Source of the DNA: Klebsormidium nitens
Taxonomy: Eukaryota; Plantae; Klebsormidiophyceae
Reading direction: 5' to 3'
Assembly: GCA_000708835.1 (NCBI GenBank)
Contig: DF237387.1
Coordinates: 12,975-76,974 of the forward strand
DNA: 64,000 bases
The stretch's first letter is position 1. Each line of letters opens with the position of its first letter. The notes beneath the pieces were generated by a model. The model worked only from the letters and a program-made list of their open reading frames with translations, did not search any database and had not been told where the DNA came from. Below are positions 63,281 to 64,000 of the stretch, piece after piece. The position numbers were made by a program, and so were the translations under genes.

Positions 63281-64000
63281 CTAAGCGAATAGGTTAGCTG
63301 AGACAGGAGGACTCCAGGATACTGAAGTTGGATCTCGTCCATTGTAAGTGGAGAGACTGGGAAGATCAGCCAGCACCAGCTCAGTAGAATGATGAGCTGA
63401 GGCCTGTGATTGGGCAGCATGCTTGCTGGTGTGGGTTGCAAGTCGACTAAGAATCCTTCTTTGGCTTCAGAAGCTGGCCTGAAAACATGGAAACAAAGGT
63501 AGGCATCAGTACACTCCCTTTCTGCCACATTGATCTGACCAATACATAGAGCCAATTTTGAATCTTCTACTTGCAACCCTAGAGGGCAGATTCAGTCGTT
63601 TGTTCTGACACCGACGTCAAGTTTTCTGTTTACAAACAAGAGGTAGAAGGCAATATGGCCCAGCCTAGCTGTGGCTAAAAAAATTGTGTATCAAAGTGGG
63701 CTGATAGTGATATCAAAACCGGGTCAAAACCAAGGAACAAACCAGAAGGAAACAGGGAGGTTTGATAGTGAGGTAGTTTAGACGATTAGATATTGCACTG
63801 TCAATCTGGAACGAGAATACAACAGACATTCAGTAGTTTTGCACGATAAGCTGTAACACCTCAACACCTAAGTCCTGTATAGACCAAGAAAGTCGCCGCT
63901 AGCAATCGTTTTTTGAAGTAGTAGCATTCAGCCCCACATTCTCACCAATGATGTAGCACAACAGATAATCGAAGTCAGTCAGGGCTATTGTGACGGTTGG

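Noticed and set aside
1-64000. Prokaryotic operon or defence-island interpretation (DUF262 + tyrosine recombinase)
   Set aside because: Both genes are split by spliceosomal introns, lie ~12 kb apart and are separated by a eukaryotic housekeeping gene. There is no evidence they form one system. No rRNA or tRNA genes were recognised.

Overview
This is eukaryotic nuclear DNA: GC-rich and intron-rich, with GT/GC-AG splice sites. The ORF track therefore breaks genes into exon pieces, and I rebuilt the gene models by hand from splice sites and frame continuity. The gene content (ANGUSTIFOLIA, oleosin, LRR receptor kinase, telo-boxes, a psbA NUPT) points to a streptophyte green alga, Klebsormidium-like; this is an inference. 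Housekeeping-type genes are AN/CtBP-like, mitoribosomal mS33, oleosin, a Cys/Met PLP lyase, an ARM+RING E3 ligase, a SERAC1-like ARM+alpha/beta-hydrolase and an LRR-RLK. Two loci stand out. (1) An intact, spliced Crypton-type (NDC10-II/GCR1_C) tyrosine recombinase gene (48463-55639, minus). Its recombinase part is preceded by a virus-like 2A/StopGo motif (LLFRSGIEKNPG/P) and, in frame, by further exons with a Cys/His zinc-finger-like motif. This suggests a ribosome-skipping polyprotein in a DNA transposon. (2) A 13-exon gene for a prokaryote-type DUF262 (GmrS/SspE-like, ParB-fold) protein with an apparent organelle transit peptide; a psbA fragment lies in one of its introns. No database searches were run, and family calls come from motif recognition.
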